Source of the DNA: Roseibacillus sp.
GTDB taxonomy: Bacteria > Verrucomicrobiota > Verrucomicrobiia > Verrucomicrobiales > Akkermansiaceae
Direction: 5' to 3'
DNA: 64,000 nucleotides
Assembly (NCBI GenBank): GCA_051251855.1
Contig: JBPOGI010000003.1
Location: 512,001-576,000, forward strand
Positions 17,714-27,456 of this stretch are shown here, one piece after another. The notes under the pieces are model-generated. The model saw nothing but the letters and a program-made list of their open reading frames with translations. It made no database searches and was not told the DNA's origin. The translations under genes and the position numbers were made by a program. Positions within the stretch are counted from its first letter, which is position 1, and every line of letters begins with the position of its first letter.

Positions 17714-19515
17714 TCGTCCTTGGCGAGCCGAGGGTCCTTGGGTGGCTTTTGATCGAGAAGCTTTGAAGTTTTCGTGGCGAGGTCGTAGAATTCGGTCTGA
17801 ATCGCTTTGTAGGTGTTGAAGAAGAGTGACTGGTTGAAAGAGTCGCTGCTATACTCTTCATTATCGTAGCGCTCTTTTGCGCGGGCAAGAGTGCGGACGC
17901 GATTGGCGAGGTCGAGGGCGCTATCGTACATCTCCCGGTCACCCATGGCGATGTAGCGGGCGAGAGGGTCGAGGTTGGCCCGGCATGTCTCATGAATCTC
18001 TTCCAAAGTGGACGCATTGAGGCCGCGTGAACTTGAATAGGGAATGTTGGAGAGAGGCATGAGGGATGACTGGATGATGGCTGCAAGCGCCTTTGTAGAG
18101 TGATTTTGGGGGTAGCTTCCAGAGCCGCGCATTTTCAAGAGAGTTGCAGAGAGATGGCGGGGCTCGATTTCCTGAACCTCTGTAAGTCGAGTGAGGACGT
18201 GGGGGTTTGAGACAAAGACGGAGGTGGATTTTTCTGCGCCAACGCGGCGGATTTCTTGAAATTTGGTGATGGCTTGGGTGGTGTTCTCGGGGGTCGTGTT
18301 TTCGAAGGAAAGCTCCAAGGCCTCTTCTAAAGTGGCCACTTGAAAGATATCAAAATCGAAGAAGAAGTCTTCATTTTGCTGGGTGAGAAAGGAGATGAGG
18401 AGCGGGGTCATCTGGGGGGCGATAAGGAGGCGCCTTGGTTCGTCGCTTGTGCTCGCGAGTAAGATTTCTAGAAATTGCCAAGGGAGCTTGGGGGCTTCGA
18501 TGGTGCCGTTTCTAGTCAGTTTTCCAAGGACCACCAAGTTGTCGAGGGGCTTTCGTTCGCTGAGAAGTCCCTCCATGAGAATTGCCATTGGAAAGGCGAG
18601 GGTGTGGCCGTTCGTGTCGAGGTAGTTTTGTTTGCCGAGAACAAATTTTCCCGAGACTCCAGCCACGATTTCGGAGTCATGGTTATTGCGAAGATTGCTT
18701 TCGGCGATGGAGAGCGATTCAGGAAGGGTCTTGGAGTATTTGTTGAGAGGGAGTTTGACGTTATGGGAACCTTCTTTGAGTTTTCCTTCGAAGAGGAGTG
18801 CTCGAACTTGAGGACGAATTTTACCTCCTGCGCTTTCTGCTTCGCGAAGAATGACGGGGACCATCACTGAGTCTTCGAAGTCGGCGACCTTTTTAAAGGG
18901 CTTTTCTTCTGGCTCTTCGGGGATGTCGTTACTTCCTCCAGCCAAGGAATTTTCCTCATTCATCTCATTTTCTTCGACTGAGGGGAGAGGTTCAGGTTGT
19001 TTCACAAAGCTGGCAGCAGGTGCGACTGCCCGACGCCAGCGGGGGGATTCTTCTGCGCTAGGGCGGGCGCTCATGATGCCGAGCTCGGGCGTTATGGTTG
19101 CCAGGGGGTCGAGTAGCATTTGGGCGACGGCAAAATGTTCCTTTTGATCGGGATCTTCCAAGAGAAAGAGAACCGTGCGGGAGATGTTCTCGAGAGGTTC
19201 CGTGTAATCTACAACGGGAACTAGGTAGTCCTCGGGAAGATCGGCAAAGATCTTGGCGGTATTGAGGGGGGCTTTGGACTTGGGAGCTAGATTGGAGGCA
19301 AGAGCGAGGAGCTGAGCTGTGGCTCTGCTTTCGGCTGGATCTTTGAGGGCGGTGGGCCGGTTGGCGAGGGTGACGAGATCTTTAGCGAGCAACTCCTGCC
19401 GGTTGGCATCGAGCTTGAGGGCGTCGCGCCGAAAGAGAAGGATGTCTTCTGCAGGAGGAACAAAGCAAGCGAGCACGGCGCTCGTCGTTGCAAGCAGTAG
19501 GAAGAGGATCTTCAT
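17710..19515 (-). CDS. Secreted hypothetical protein with a degenerate Lon (S16)-like domain
   Basis: Signal peptide or possible lipobox (VLAC); segment NGHTLAFPMAIL...VVLGKLTRNGTI...LLIAP...QVATLEEALE resembles the Lon C-terminal domain. Confidence 0.55.
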   Translation of the reverse strand: MKILFLLLATTSAVLACFVPPAEDILLFRRDALKLDANRQELLAKDLVTLANRPTALKDPAESRATAQLLALASNLAPKSKAPLNTAKIFADLPEDYLVPVVDYTEPLENISRTVLFLLEDPDQKEHFAVAQMLLDPLATITPELGIMSARPSAEESPRWRRAVAPAASFVKQPEPLPSVEENEMNEENSLAGGSNDIPEEPEEKPFKKVADFEDSVMVPVILREAESAGGKIRPQVRALLFEGKLKEGSHNVKLPLNKYSKTLPESLSIAESNLRNNHDSEIVAGVSGKFVLGKQNYLDTNGHTLAFPMAILMEGLLSERKPLDNLVVLGKLTRNGTIEAPKLPWQFLEILLASTSDEPRRLLIAPQMTPLLISFLTQQNEDFFFDFDIFQVATLEEALELSFENTTPENTTQAITKFQEIRRVGAEKSTSVFVSNPHVLTRLTEVQEIEPRHLSATLLKMRGSGSYPQNHSTKALAAIIQSSLMPLSNIPYSSSRGLNASTLEEIHETCRANLDPLARYIAMGDREMYDSALDLANRVRTLARAKERYDNEEYSSDSFNQSLFFNTYKAIQTEFYDLATKTSKLLDQKPPKDPRLAKDD

Positions 19516-19640
19516 CAGAAGTGGTTGGAATAGCAGAAATTGGCCTGATCGACAATCGAGGATGGCGGCAGCTCCGACTCCTTTACGGGAGGAAAGAGAG
19601 AGGATTGGTCATTTCTTGAAAAGTTTCTTAAGAGATCGGT

Positions 19641-20045
19641 ATGGCAGACGAAAGGGAGACCCAATACCAGTGTGAGACGGAGGAGGAAGTGATGTTCTAC
19701 GATACCGATTGTGGGGGAGTAGTTCACAATCTCGCCTACCTGCGCATGGTGGAGAAATGTCGCACTCACTTGGCGGCTCAGATGGGTTTCGAGCTGCGGG
19801 CGATGGGGGAAACGGGGATCTTTCCGGTGGTAGTGAGAACGGAGGCGGACTATCGCAAGCCAGCGCGCTTGGCCGATGTTTTGCAGATTCGAGGCTGGTT
19901 AGCGGAGTGGAGTAAGGCGCGCTTTTGGTGTGAGTTTGAGGTGACGCGAGGTGAGGACTTGATTTTGACGGCGCGACAGTCTTTGGCGTTGGTGAAAATG
20001 CCGGAAGGTAAAATTCAGCGATTGGGGGAGTTGCCTAAAAAATAG
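19641..20045 (+). CDS. Acyl-CoA thioesterase, YbgC/4HBT family
   Basis: VMFYDTDCGGVVHNLAYLR...E; YRKPARL.D. Confidence 0.9.
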   Translation: MADERETQYQCETEEEVMFYDTDCGGVVHNLAYLRMVEKCRTHLAAQMGFELRAMGETGIFPVVVRTEADYRKPARLADVLQIRGWLAEWSKARFWCEFEVTRGEDLILTARQSLALVKMPEGKIQRLGELPKK

Positions 20046-20090
20046 TGGGTCTTGTTTGCAATAAGAGAGCTTCGGTGGCGTAATACCCCC

Positions 20091-22547
20091 ATGCGGCTCT
20101 TTGCGATATTTCTCTCTTTCCTGCCTTTTTTTGCTCACGGACAAGAATCGATTGAAGGGAAGGTTTCACCCCAGAAAGAGGTAGCTACTTTGTTGGATGG
20201 TTTTGTCTTGGAGCATATCGTTGATGTTCCTAAAGCTTACGGGAGTTGGGTCGCGCTTGCGAGCTTACCTGAAGTGGACGGGAAGACTCAGTTGGCGGCC
20301 GCTGATCAGTATGGTGACATCTATCGAATCACCTTAGAAGGCGATGCAGTGGAGGTGACTCCATTTGGAGTCGCTTTAAAGGGAGCGCATGGACTGCTTT
20401 GGTTTCAGGATTCGCTCTATGTGGTTGTCGGAGAAGCGGTGGGGAATGAGCGTGGGGTTTATCGCGCTCGCGATTTAGATGATGATGGCAAGTTCGAGAA
20501 AGTGGATGTGCTTCGCAAGTTCGAATCAGGGGGGGAGCATGGGGTGCATTCTTTGGTGCCATCGCCTGATGGGGAGTGGCTCTACATGGTGCTGGGAAAC
20601 TACACCAAGGATTCGAAACCAGAGAACACCCTGGTTCCTCTCGTCTGGGATGAGGATCAGCTTTTGCCGCGTAACCCTGATGGCCGCGGACACGCGAGCG
20701 ATAAGTTTGCGCCGGGAGGGCGGGTTTTGCGGTGTCGGCCTGATGGCACTGAGTGGACTTATGTGAGCACTGGTTATCGGAATCCTTTCGACGGGGCTTT
20801 CAATGAGGATGGTGAGTTCTTCGTCTATGATGCAGACATGGAGTGGGATATGGGCATGCCATGGTATCGCCCAACACGGCTCTGCTGGGCGATGGAGGGT
20901 TCGGAATTTGGCTGGCGCAATGGCACCGGAAAATGGCCAGAATACTACGAAGATAGTTTGCCCGGGGTGACTGATTTCGGACCAGGAAGCCCGGTTGGGG
21001 TGGTGAGTGGAAGAGGAGCTCAATTTCCAGAGAAGTATCAACGGGCCATCTACTGCCTCGATTGGACTTTTGCCACCATCTATGCCGTGCACCTAGACCG
21101 AGATGGAAATGGTTATAAGGGTGAGTGGGACGAGCTTCTCACCGCGACACAGGCGTTGCCTCTCACGGATGCGGTGATTGGAAGTGATGGTTTGTTTTAT
21201 TTCGCTACCGGAGGTCGTCGTGGGGAATCCAAGATGTGGCGGATTCGCTACCAAGGGGAAGAATCGACAGAGAATGCGTGGCGTGAGACTGAAAAGCCCA
21301 AGAACGAAGGAGACGATCGCTACTCGCGTTTTCAACGACGGGTTGAGGCTGAGTTGAAGGGCCCAGATGCGGTGCGCAAGCTGATTGGAAAAGGTTCGGA
21401 CTTAGAAAAAATGACTGCCGTGATGGGATTGGCTCGAGTGGGGAATGAGGGCGACCGGGCGATTGCAATTTCCGAACTCCTGACCATGAATTGGTCAGAA
21501 TTCGATAGGCAAGAGCAGCTCACTTGGTTGCGAGCTTTGGGACTGGTTTTCATTCGGATGGGGGAACCCAGCGAGGAAGAGCGGGAGCTTGTATTGGCCC
21601 TCATCGATTCCTCATTTCCTCATCAGGACCGCGACGTGGAAGACGAGCTTTGTCGCATGCTTTGCTATTTGCAGGCGCCCGAGATTGTGAGTCGAACCTT
21701 GGCGTTGCTTGCGAAGACTGAGGAAAATAAAGGAGATTCTAATTGGATGCGGTTAGTGGAGCGGGGACAGGACCGATATAATGGTAAAGTGGCTGAAGTT
21801 CTTCGGGAGCTTGGTTCTCCTCGCAAAATTCATTTGGCCTACTGCCTTCGGGTCGTGAAGGGGCCTTGGACGGAAGGACAGCGACGCCAGTTGATGGAGT
21901 GGTATTCTCGCGAGGAGAAGAGTAAGGCTCAGCAAAGTGCGCAGTTAGGTCTCGCTAAAATGCGTGATGATACTTTGGCGAATGCGACAGAAGAGGAGCG
22001 CTTGATGGTGGAGACTTGGGGATTGAAGGTGAAGCGAGATCCGTTTGCCAACCTTCCGAAAGCGAAAGGGCCTGCCCGAATCTGGACGGTAGAAGAAATT
22101 GCGGAGGTGGCCAAGGATTTGAAGGACGCGGACGTGGCGAACGGCAAGTTGATGTTTCGGGCGACGCTGTGTGCAGCGTGTCACCGCTTTGGAGCAGAGG
22201 GTGGAGCGGCGGGACCTGATTTGACCAATGTGAAAGGCCGTTTCACGGCAGAGGAACTGGCGATTGCTATCCTAGAGCCGAGCCGAGAAATCAGTGATCA
22301 GTATGAGTTCAAATACTTCCTCAAGCATGATGGTTCGACGGTTGTGGGCAAGGTGCTCGATGAGCGTGATGAGATTTTGGTCATTGCCACTAATCCTTTT
22401 AACTTTGCCGAGACGGTCGGGCTCTCGCGTGCGGACATTAAGGAGATCACATCTTCCCCTGTTTCCCCCATGCCGGGAGCGTTGGTGAATCAGCTCAACA
22501 AGGATGAGATGAAGGACTTGCTGGGCTATCTGTTAGGTGCCAAGTAG
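20091..22547 (+). CDS. PVC-type heme-binding protein (dehydrogenase-like propeller, HEAT-like region, cytochrome c)
   Basis: Signal peptide; GEHGVH, GYRNPFD, DADMEWD; CAACH; GPDLT, ILEPSREI, SPMP. Confidence 0.88.
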   Translation: MRLFAIFLSFLPFFAHGQESIEGKVSPQKEVATLLDGFVLEHIVDVPKAYGSWVALASLPEVDGKTQLAAADQYGDIYRITLEGDAVEVTPFGVALKGAHGLLWFQDSLYVVVGEAVGNERGVYRARDLDDDGKFEKVDVLRKFESGGEHGVHSLVPSPDGEWLYMVLGNYTKDSKPENTLVPLVWDEDQLLPRNPDGRGHASDKFAPGGRVLRCRPDGTEWTYVSTGYRNPFDGAFNEDGEFFVYDADMEWDMGMPWYRPTRLCWAMEGSEFGWRNGTGKWPEYYEDSLPGVTDFGPGSPVGVVSGRGAQFPEKYQRAIYCLDWTFATIYAVHLDRDGNGYKGEWDELLTATQALPLTDAVIGSDGLFYFATGGRRGESKMWRIRYQGEESTENAWRETEKPKNEGDDRYSRFQRRVEAELKGPDAVRKLIGKGSDLEKMTAVMGLARVGNEGDRAIAISELLTMNWSEFDRQEQLTWLRALGLVFIRMGEPSEEERELVLALIDSSFPHQDRDVEDELCRMLCYLQAPEIVSRTLALLAKTEENKGDSNWMRLVERGQDRYNGKVAEVLRELGSPRKIHLAYCLRVVKGPWTEGQRRQLMEWYSREEKSKAQQSAQLGLAKMRDDTLANATEEERLMVETWGLKVKRDPFANLPKAKGPARIWTVEEIAEVAKDLKDADVANGKLMFRATLCAACHRFGAEGGAAGPDLTNVKGRFTAEELAIAILEPSREISDQYEFKYFLKHDGSTVVGKVLDERDEILVIATNPFNFAETVGLSRADIKEITSSPVSPMPGALVNQLNKDEMKDLLGYLLGAK

Positions 22548-22559
22548 CTGAGGGTTGAG

Positions 22560-23492
22560 CTAATTTCTCGAAAAGATAAGTTGGGCGAAGTACTTGCTAC
22601 CAGCGGGGAGCTGGGTCCGAAAGGTTCCGAGAGAAGACTCCGTGGTTACAGCTGGAAACCATGAGGTGAGGTTCGTCGAATACCTGCCTAAGATTTGGAC
22701 GTCGTTCGTATCTGTTTGGGGCTGCCACTGGAGTTCTCTACTTTCTGCTAAAAAAGTAAAGCGGGCTCCAGGTTGATCAGGAAGGGAGGGGTTCATGCCG
22801 AATACGTATTCGGCAAGGTTCGGCCAGCGGTCGGCATCCGAGTCAGAGTTGTCTCCTGAAATCTCTGGAGTGGCGAGTTCGGTATCGTCGAATTGAGAAA
22901 CAAGCCAACCGTCAAAGCTGAGAGTATTTTTAGGGGCAAGTCGTAGTTCGGTGCCGATGTCGGTGCCTCGAATAATAGTGTCGATTTGGGAGGTGTTAAG
23001 GGTGGTCGAACCAAGGGCGGAGGGCATCTGCCAACTCGTCTCAGTTGAGCTGAAGATACCCCATTCGGTTGCTAGACTCGGATCTTGGTGGTTGAAGACC
23101 CAGATGACGAGTGGTGTCCCTGAAGGAAGGGAAGAGGTATTAGTGATTTGGCCAAAGACATGACCCACCGTGAATTGGTCGTTTACTTTGAGTATCGTTC
23201 CAGAGTTCCCATTCTGCACGACTTGACCTCCTCCTTGGGTGCCTTCGGCTAAAACGGTCCAGCGAGGAAGGAGGCGACTTTCTTCTGAGGAGTATTGGGC
23301 GATCTGCAAGCCAACCCCCGAGAGATCGACTTTACCGACTCTGATCGCGAATCCGGATAGGAGATTACCCTGAGAGTCTCGAAGAGGGGTTCCGCCGTTA
23401 CTGTTAATTGAGACGGTGGAGGAGGCAGCGAAAGTGCTTAGAGCAACTGTGAGAACAAGGGGCAGGTAGAAAGATTCAATTTGTCTCTTCAT
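22560..23492 (-). CDS. Secreted protein, paralogue of 31188-31838, with a C-terminal DSDxD/EYxFG domain
   Basis: Signal peptide; shared WVFN...ATEW...SW.MP...GSTTL domain; tail DSDADRWPNLAEYVFGMNP...YSTNLTSW...KYFAQL. Confidence 0.75.
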   Translation of the reverse strand: MKRQIESFYLPLVLTVALSTFAASSTVSINSNGGTPLRDSQGNLLSGFAIRVGKVDLSGVGLQIAQYSSEESRLLPRWTVLAEGTQGGGQVVQNGNSGTILKVNDQFTVGHVFGQITNTSSLPSGTPLVIWVFNHQDPSLATEWGIFSSTETSWQMPSALGSTTLNTSQIDTIIRGTDIGTELRLAPKNTLSFDGWLVSQFDDTELATPEISGDNSDSDADRWPNLAEYVFGMNPSLPDQPGARFTFLAESRELQWQPQTDTNDVQILGRYSTNLTSWFPAVTTESSLGTFRTQLPAGSKYFAQLIFSRN

Positions 23493-23548
23493 GCGAGCAA
23501 TCGGGGATGTTGGCTGCACACCCCGACATATCGCTGCCCAGAGATGGG

Positions 23549-24517
23549 CTAAGGTGCTGTCAGACTAGGGGCGGCAAGAGTGATAACCTTGTCCAAGTTG
23601 ACGCTAACTGCGAGCGCGCGACCAGCCTCTAGTGGGACATTGTCGGAAGTCTGGCCCATCCCATTGATGAAACTGTTAGTGCCAGGATTAGTTGCTCCTC
23701 CATCGGTGAGATAGGTGCCCAAGGTCATCAGGCTGCCATCTTGAAGGAAGATATTTGCCGAATCTGAAAAGACTGCGAAGTCATCCTTGAATCCTAGATC
23801 CCCAAGCGAGATAGAGGAGGGAAGGGGGTTGGAGGGGCCGATGAGGTTGACGGCTCCGGCATAGACGGGGACTCGAGTGGGAGTTGATTTTATGTGGGTG
23901 AATTGTCCATCAGCTCCGACGCTGAGGGAGCGATCGGTGCTTGAGTAGAAGACGAGTCCTTCACAAGGGAAGATTCTCTCTGCGCCTTTGTCAGCTCCCA
24001 TCACGTCAATCCAGGTGGCAGTGGCAGGATTCCAATAGAGATCAAGGCGGCTGCCGTCGGCGTTGAAGAGGGTGAGGGTGTCTTCTAAAGGGGCGAAGTC
24101 TGCACCGTCGGGAAAGAGGGTGGCTACTGTGAGATGCTCTCTCACGATAATGCGGTGGCTTCCCGTGAGTCCGTAGGCGATCGCGTCGCCTGCCAGTGTT
24201 ACTGAGCCAGCTTGGTTGTTTTCAATGTCGAAGGTGAGGCCGGCATTAGGGCCGTCTTGAAGCTCTAGGTAATGGTTGCTCAAGGAGGAGGGAAGAAGAC
24301 TCGTAGTGTTGAGTTCAACCAAAGTTGCGTCTTTATCAAACTCCACACTGATGGCGATTCCTGAAAAGTGTTCGACCGCAACAAAGGGAGGAACCCATGT
24401 TGAATTACCTTTAGGAATCTCAACGCTAATGCTTCCGACAGTCGAAGAAGTGGCAGCACTCAAAATTTTAGTTGAGAGAGATAGAAATGCAAAAAAACGA
24501 TAAATTACTGGTTTCAT
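23549..24517 (-). CDS. TIGR02597-like verrucomicrobial secreted protein
   Basis: Signal peptide; TVGSISVEIP, YLELQDGPNAG..F.I..N, HLTVATLFP, I.P.EG pattern recalled for this family. Confidence 0.55.
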   Translation of the reverse strand: MKPVIYRFFAFLSLSTKILSAATSSTVGSISVEIPKGNSTWVPPFVAVEHFSGIAISVEFDKDATLVELNTTSLLPSSLSNHYLELQDGPNAGLTFDIENNQAGSVTLAGDAIAYGLTGSHRIIVREHLTVATLFPDGADFAPLEDTLTLFNADGSRLDLYWNPATATWIDVMGADKGAERIFPCEGLVFYSSTDRSLSVGADGQFTHIKSTPTRVPVYAGAVNLIGPSNPLPSSISLGDLGFKDDFAVFSDSANIFLQDGSLMTLGTYLTDGGATNPGTNSFINGMGQTSDNVPLEAGRALAVSVNLDKVITLAAPSLTAP

Positions 24518-24809
24518 GATGACAGGGAATTATTGATTATAGGAGGGTTCTAGCTGATTTTGGTGGCAGCAGGTCAAGTTCTTATTCTCTCATAAAAGGC
24601 TCTAGATGAGAGATTTGTATCCGTCTTCAGGTGGGGCAATGCGTTGAACTCGCATGACACACTTTTATTTTAAAAACTTAATGCTGTCAAATATTAAAGT
24701 TGCCCGAAGTTTTGGTTGGTATGTAGTTGCACCGCTTAGACGAAAGTTTGAGGTATTGGAAAGAAGGCCTGAAAGATGTCTTTCTTCACCAATGTTTCGA
24801 TTTTTCATC

Positions 24810-24937
24810 TGCACCAATCCCCTTCATTAGGTCGAAAGGCCGGAGCTACCGAGAAGGGGATCCGCTAGGAATGCTCCGGTCGAAATATTGCGAGTAACTA
24901 TTGAAGTCCCCTTCAACCGATTGCTCTCATCAGTGCA
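24810..24937 (+). promoter_or_regulatory. Candidate structured 5' leader of the PEP-CTERM gene
   Basis: Several complementary segments: ATCCCCTTC/GAAGGGGAT, GGCCGGAGC/GCTCCGGTC, hairpin 24892-24926, closing TGCAC/GTGCA. Confidence 0.4.
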
Positions 24938-24945
24938 AAAATCAT

Positions 24946-25656
24946 ATGAAAAACAGAATATTCGCTACAACAGCCGCTCTTGTTACAGGAGCAGGTTTCC
25001 TCCATGGTCAGACTTGGATTGACCTTTCCAGCACCGAGCTAGGTAACCCTACCGAGGCTCAATTGATCGCTGGTCACACTACCACTCTGGTTTCCGCGCC
25101 GGACATCACAGTCACGGTTACTGCGACTTCAGATGGTTGGGAGCCTGGGACTTCTCCCAATATTACAACGACTGGTGCCCATACTAACCTGCTTATGGCC
25201 GGCGGTAGTTTTGGAACATACTCTTACACCTTTTCGGGAGCCAATTCTTGGAAGGTTATCGGTGTCGATTACCTCAATACGAACATTATGGTTGATAGCC
25301 TCAATGAGCGGACTACCAGTTCGGTAACGGGTGGCACGTGGACTTCGACGCAAGGAACCGAACTTGGTGATCCTAATTTGACATTCTCTGCCTTGGGTTC
25401 GAATACAATGATTTTTGATTCCATCAATGGCGTAACTGCAGGTTCCACTCCTGTTGCTCCTACTGACTTCGGTGCAATTGCGACCGGAAGCAATATTACT
25501 GCTTACTCGACCACCTATAATCGCGATACCACCACCGGACGCAGCACGCAGTCTTATCTTGCTGCGATTCAGGTCCAGCAAGTTGTCCCTGAGCCAAGCA
25601 GCGCCTTGCTTCTTGGTCTTGGTGGATTGGGCTTCCTTGCCCGCCGCCGTCGCTAG
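24946..25656 (+). CDS. PEP-CTERM sorting domain protein
   Basis: Signal peptide; Thr/Ser/Gly-rich body; VPEPSSALLLGLGGLGFLARRRR. Confidence 0.95.
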   Translation: MKNRIFATTAALVTGAGFLHGQTWIDLSSTELGNPTEAQLIAGHTTTLVSAPDITVTVTATSDGWEPGTSPNITTTGAHTNLLMAGGSFGTYSYTFSGANSWKVIGVDYLNTNIMVDSLNERTTSSVTGGTWTSTQGTELGDPNLTFSALGSNTMIFDSINGVTAGSTPVAPTDFGAIATGSNITAYSTTYNRDTTTGRSTQSYLAAIQVQQVVPEPSSALLLGLGGLGFLARRRR

Positions 25657-25679
25657 GTCCGATTCTAATTATTCTTCTG

Positions 25680-25709
25680 AAAAGCCTGTCGGTTTCGACA
25701 GGCTTTTTT
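25680..25709 (+). terminator. Rho-independent terminator
   Basis: AAAAGCCTGTCG-GTTT-CGACAGGCTTTTTT after the PEP-CTERM gene. Confidence 0.9.
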
Positions 25710-25771
25710 GTGTATAGGTGCTGCGGTCAGAGTGACGGTATTGTCACACGGGAATTCTGAAAGAACGGAGA

Positions 25772-26000
25772 AGTCTCTCTCCCTTGGGAACAGCCACAGT
25801 TCTGTTTGGTGCAATTAATGGCGTATCTGCGGGTGTCTCTCCGTTCGCCTCCAGGTGCTTTAGAGCGCTGGCAACTGGTAGCGCAATTGCCGTGTGCTCG
25901 ACTCCCTACGAGTTGCCAAGGAACGCAGCCCGCAATGATACAATGCGGCAATTCAGGTTCAGCAGATATTCCTGAGCCAACAGGCCTCTGGATTCTTTAA
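25772..26000 (+). pseudogene. Frameshifted remnant of a paralogue of the upstream PEP-CTERM gene
   Basis: LGTATVLFGAINGVSAG...ALATGSAI..STPY aligns to LGSNTMIFDSINGVTAG...AIATGSNI..STTY; AAIQVQQ and IPEP then follow in shifted frames. Confidence 0.85.
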
Positions 26001-27412
26001 AGGAGGAAGCCCAGTGGAGGAGTCGAAGAGGTTGGGCTGTAGAATTCTGAGATATTTGGAAGGATGGTCTCTAGATCTGAATTCGAAACGCCAAACCATT
26101 TAGCAAGCTCTGCGAAGTAGAGGTCACACGAAGTTGAGGGAAGGAGACGGCCGTTCGTGCCAATGTCCATTCCTGATGCGAGGCCGAGGGTGTCGGGATA
26201 TTGACCGTAGATGCGAGAACCCTTGACGGCGCCCCCTACCACGATCTGATTGCCTCCCCAAGCATGGTCGGTGCCTCGTCCGTTGGAGCGAATCGTTCGC
26301 GAAAATTCGGAACAGGTGAAGAGGGTGACTTGGTCTTCGAGTGACAGGTCGCTCATAGCGGTTTGGAATGAGCTGATGGCGTTGTCGAGCTCGGTGAGTC
26401 GCAGGGTCTGTGCTGCAAGGAGCTCATCGTGATGGTCGAACGAACCATAACCCACAAAGAAGATTTGGCGCTTGTGGCCGAGGGCGGGGCCAGCGGCAAT
26501 AGAGCGAGCTACCATAGCGAGATTTTGGGAGAGGGTGGTGGAATCGAAAGCAGTTGAGATATTGACCGATGAGGTGGCGGAAGCGAAGGAACTGTGGGTG
26601 TCGAAGCTGCGGCTTGATTCTTCGGCGTAGGCTCTTTCGAGGACCGTGCGATAGGTTTCTTCCATCATGGACTCGGTGGCTCCAACCCTGAGGCCATTGC
26701 TCCCGCCAAAACCACTCCCTGTGAGTCCCACAGAACCGTCCTTGGTAATGGAGTAGGGGAAAACGTTAGAACCCGTTTGCATGATGTTGTTGCCGTCGAG
26801 CGAGATACTCATGGGCACGGTGCCGTTAGGGTCATTCCTGATGTTCGTGGCGTCGGCCATGCGACCCGCCCAGCCTGAGAGCGCGCTAAGGGTTTGAGGA
26901 AGGGAGGTCTGCCACTCTGCTTGCTGGTTGTTGTGAGAGAAGAGGGCTTTGGGGAGTTCGAAGTTGCCACTCTTGTAGTCAACGGGAGTGGGGATGGGAA
27001 CGACGAGGGTGCCCACGTTGGCGACGAAGGCGGCTTCGCTAGTATTGAAAAGGCTTTGGAGCTTGGGCATCGCAGGATTGAGTCCGAAGGTCCGTCCTGG
27101 GGTATTAAGTGAGGTGAGGGGAAGCACGCCTCCGGTGTTGCCTGGGGACGGGAGGGCGAGATTGGAACGACTTGCAGCGTAGGCGGAATACTCGTCGGTG
27201 GTGGTTGGCACCAGCATGTTGAAGGAGTCGTTTCCTCCGAAGAGAAAGATGCAGACGAGGGCTTTGTGATCGTCGTCTCCGGCCCCACTTTGAGCCATCG
27301 CATTTCCGGTCATGCGAAGTTGAAGAAGAGTATTGAAGAGAGCGAGTGAGCTCATGGCTCCGCAGGTGCCCTTGCCGAGGAACATGCGGCGGCTGATGGT
27401 CGATTGCTTCAT
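25997..27412 (-). CDS. DUF1501 family protein (Tat-exported)
   Basis: SRRMFL Tat motif; KALVCIFLFGGNDSFNMLVP, LFSHNNQQ, FDHH, SEFSRT..SNG.GTDHAWGG. Confidence 0.92.
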   Translation of the reverse strand: MKQSTISRRMFLGKGTCGAMSSLALFNTLLQLRMTGNAMAQSGAGDDDHKALVCIFLFGGNDSFNMLVPTTTDEYSAYAASRSNLALPSPGNTGGVLPLTSLNTPGRTFGLNPAMPKLQSLFNTSEAAFVANVGTLVVPIPTPVDYKSGNFELPKALFSHNNQQAEWQTSLPQTLSALSGWAGRMADATNIRNDPNGTVPMSISLDGNNIMQTGSNVFPYSITKDGSVGLTGSGFGGSNGLRVGATESMMEETYRTVLERAYAEESSRSFDTHSSFASATSSVNISTAFDSTTLSQNLAMVARSIAAGPALGHKRQIFFVGYGSFDHHDELLAAQTLRLTELDNAISSFQTAMSDLSLEDQVTLFTCSEFSRTIRSNGRGTDHAWGGNQIVVGGAVKGSRIYGQYPDTLGLASGMDIGTNGRLLPSTSCDLYFAELAKWFGVSNSDLETILPNISEFYSPTSSTPPLGFLL

Positions 27413-27456
27413 AAAAAATGGGGTGCTGTTGGGGAAAATCTTTCTTACTGCCAAGT

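Noticed and set aside
24885..24936. Hammerhead ribozyme on the minus strand (CTGATGA followed by a stem)
   Set aside because: The stem is followed by GCAA rather than the required GAAA, and stems I and III could not be built.
25381..26000. DGR template/variable repeat pair
   Set aside because: Differences are not adenine-specific, identity is low with indels, and no reverse transcriptase is present.
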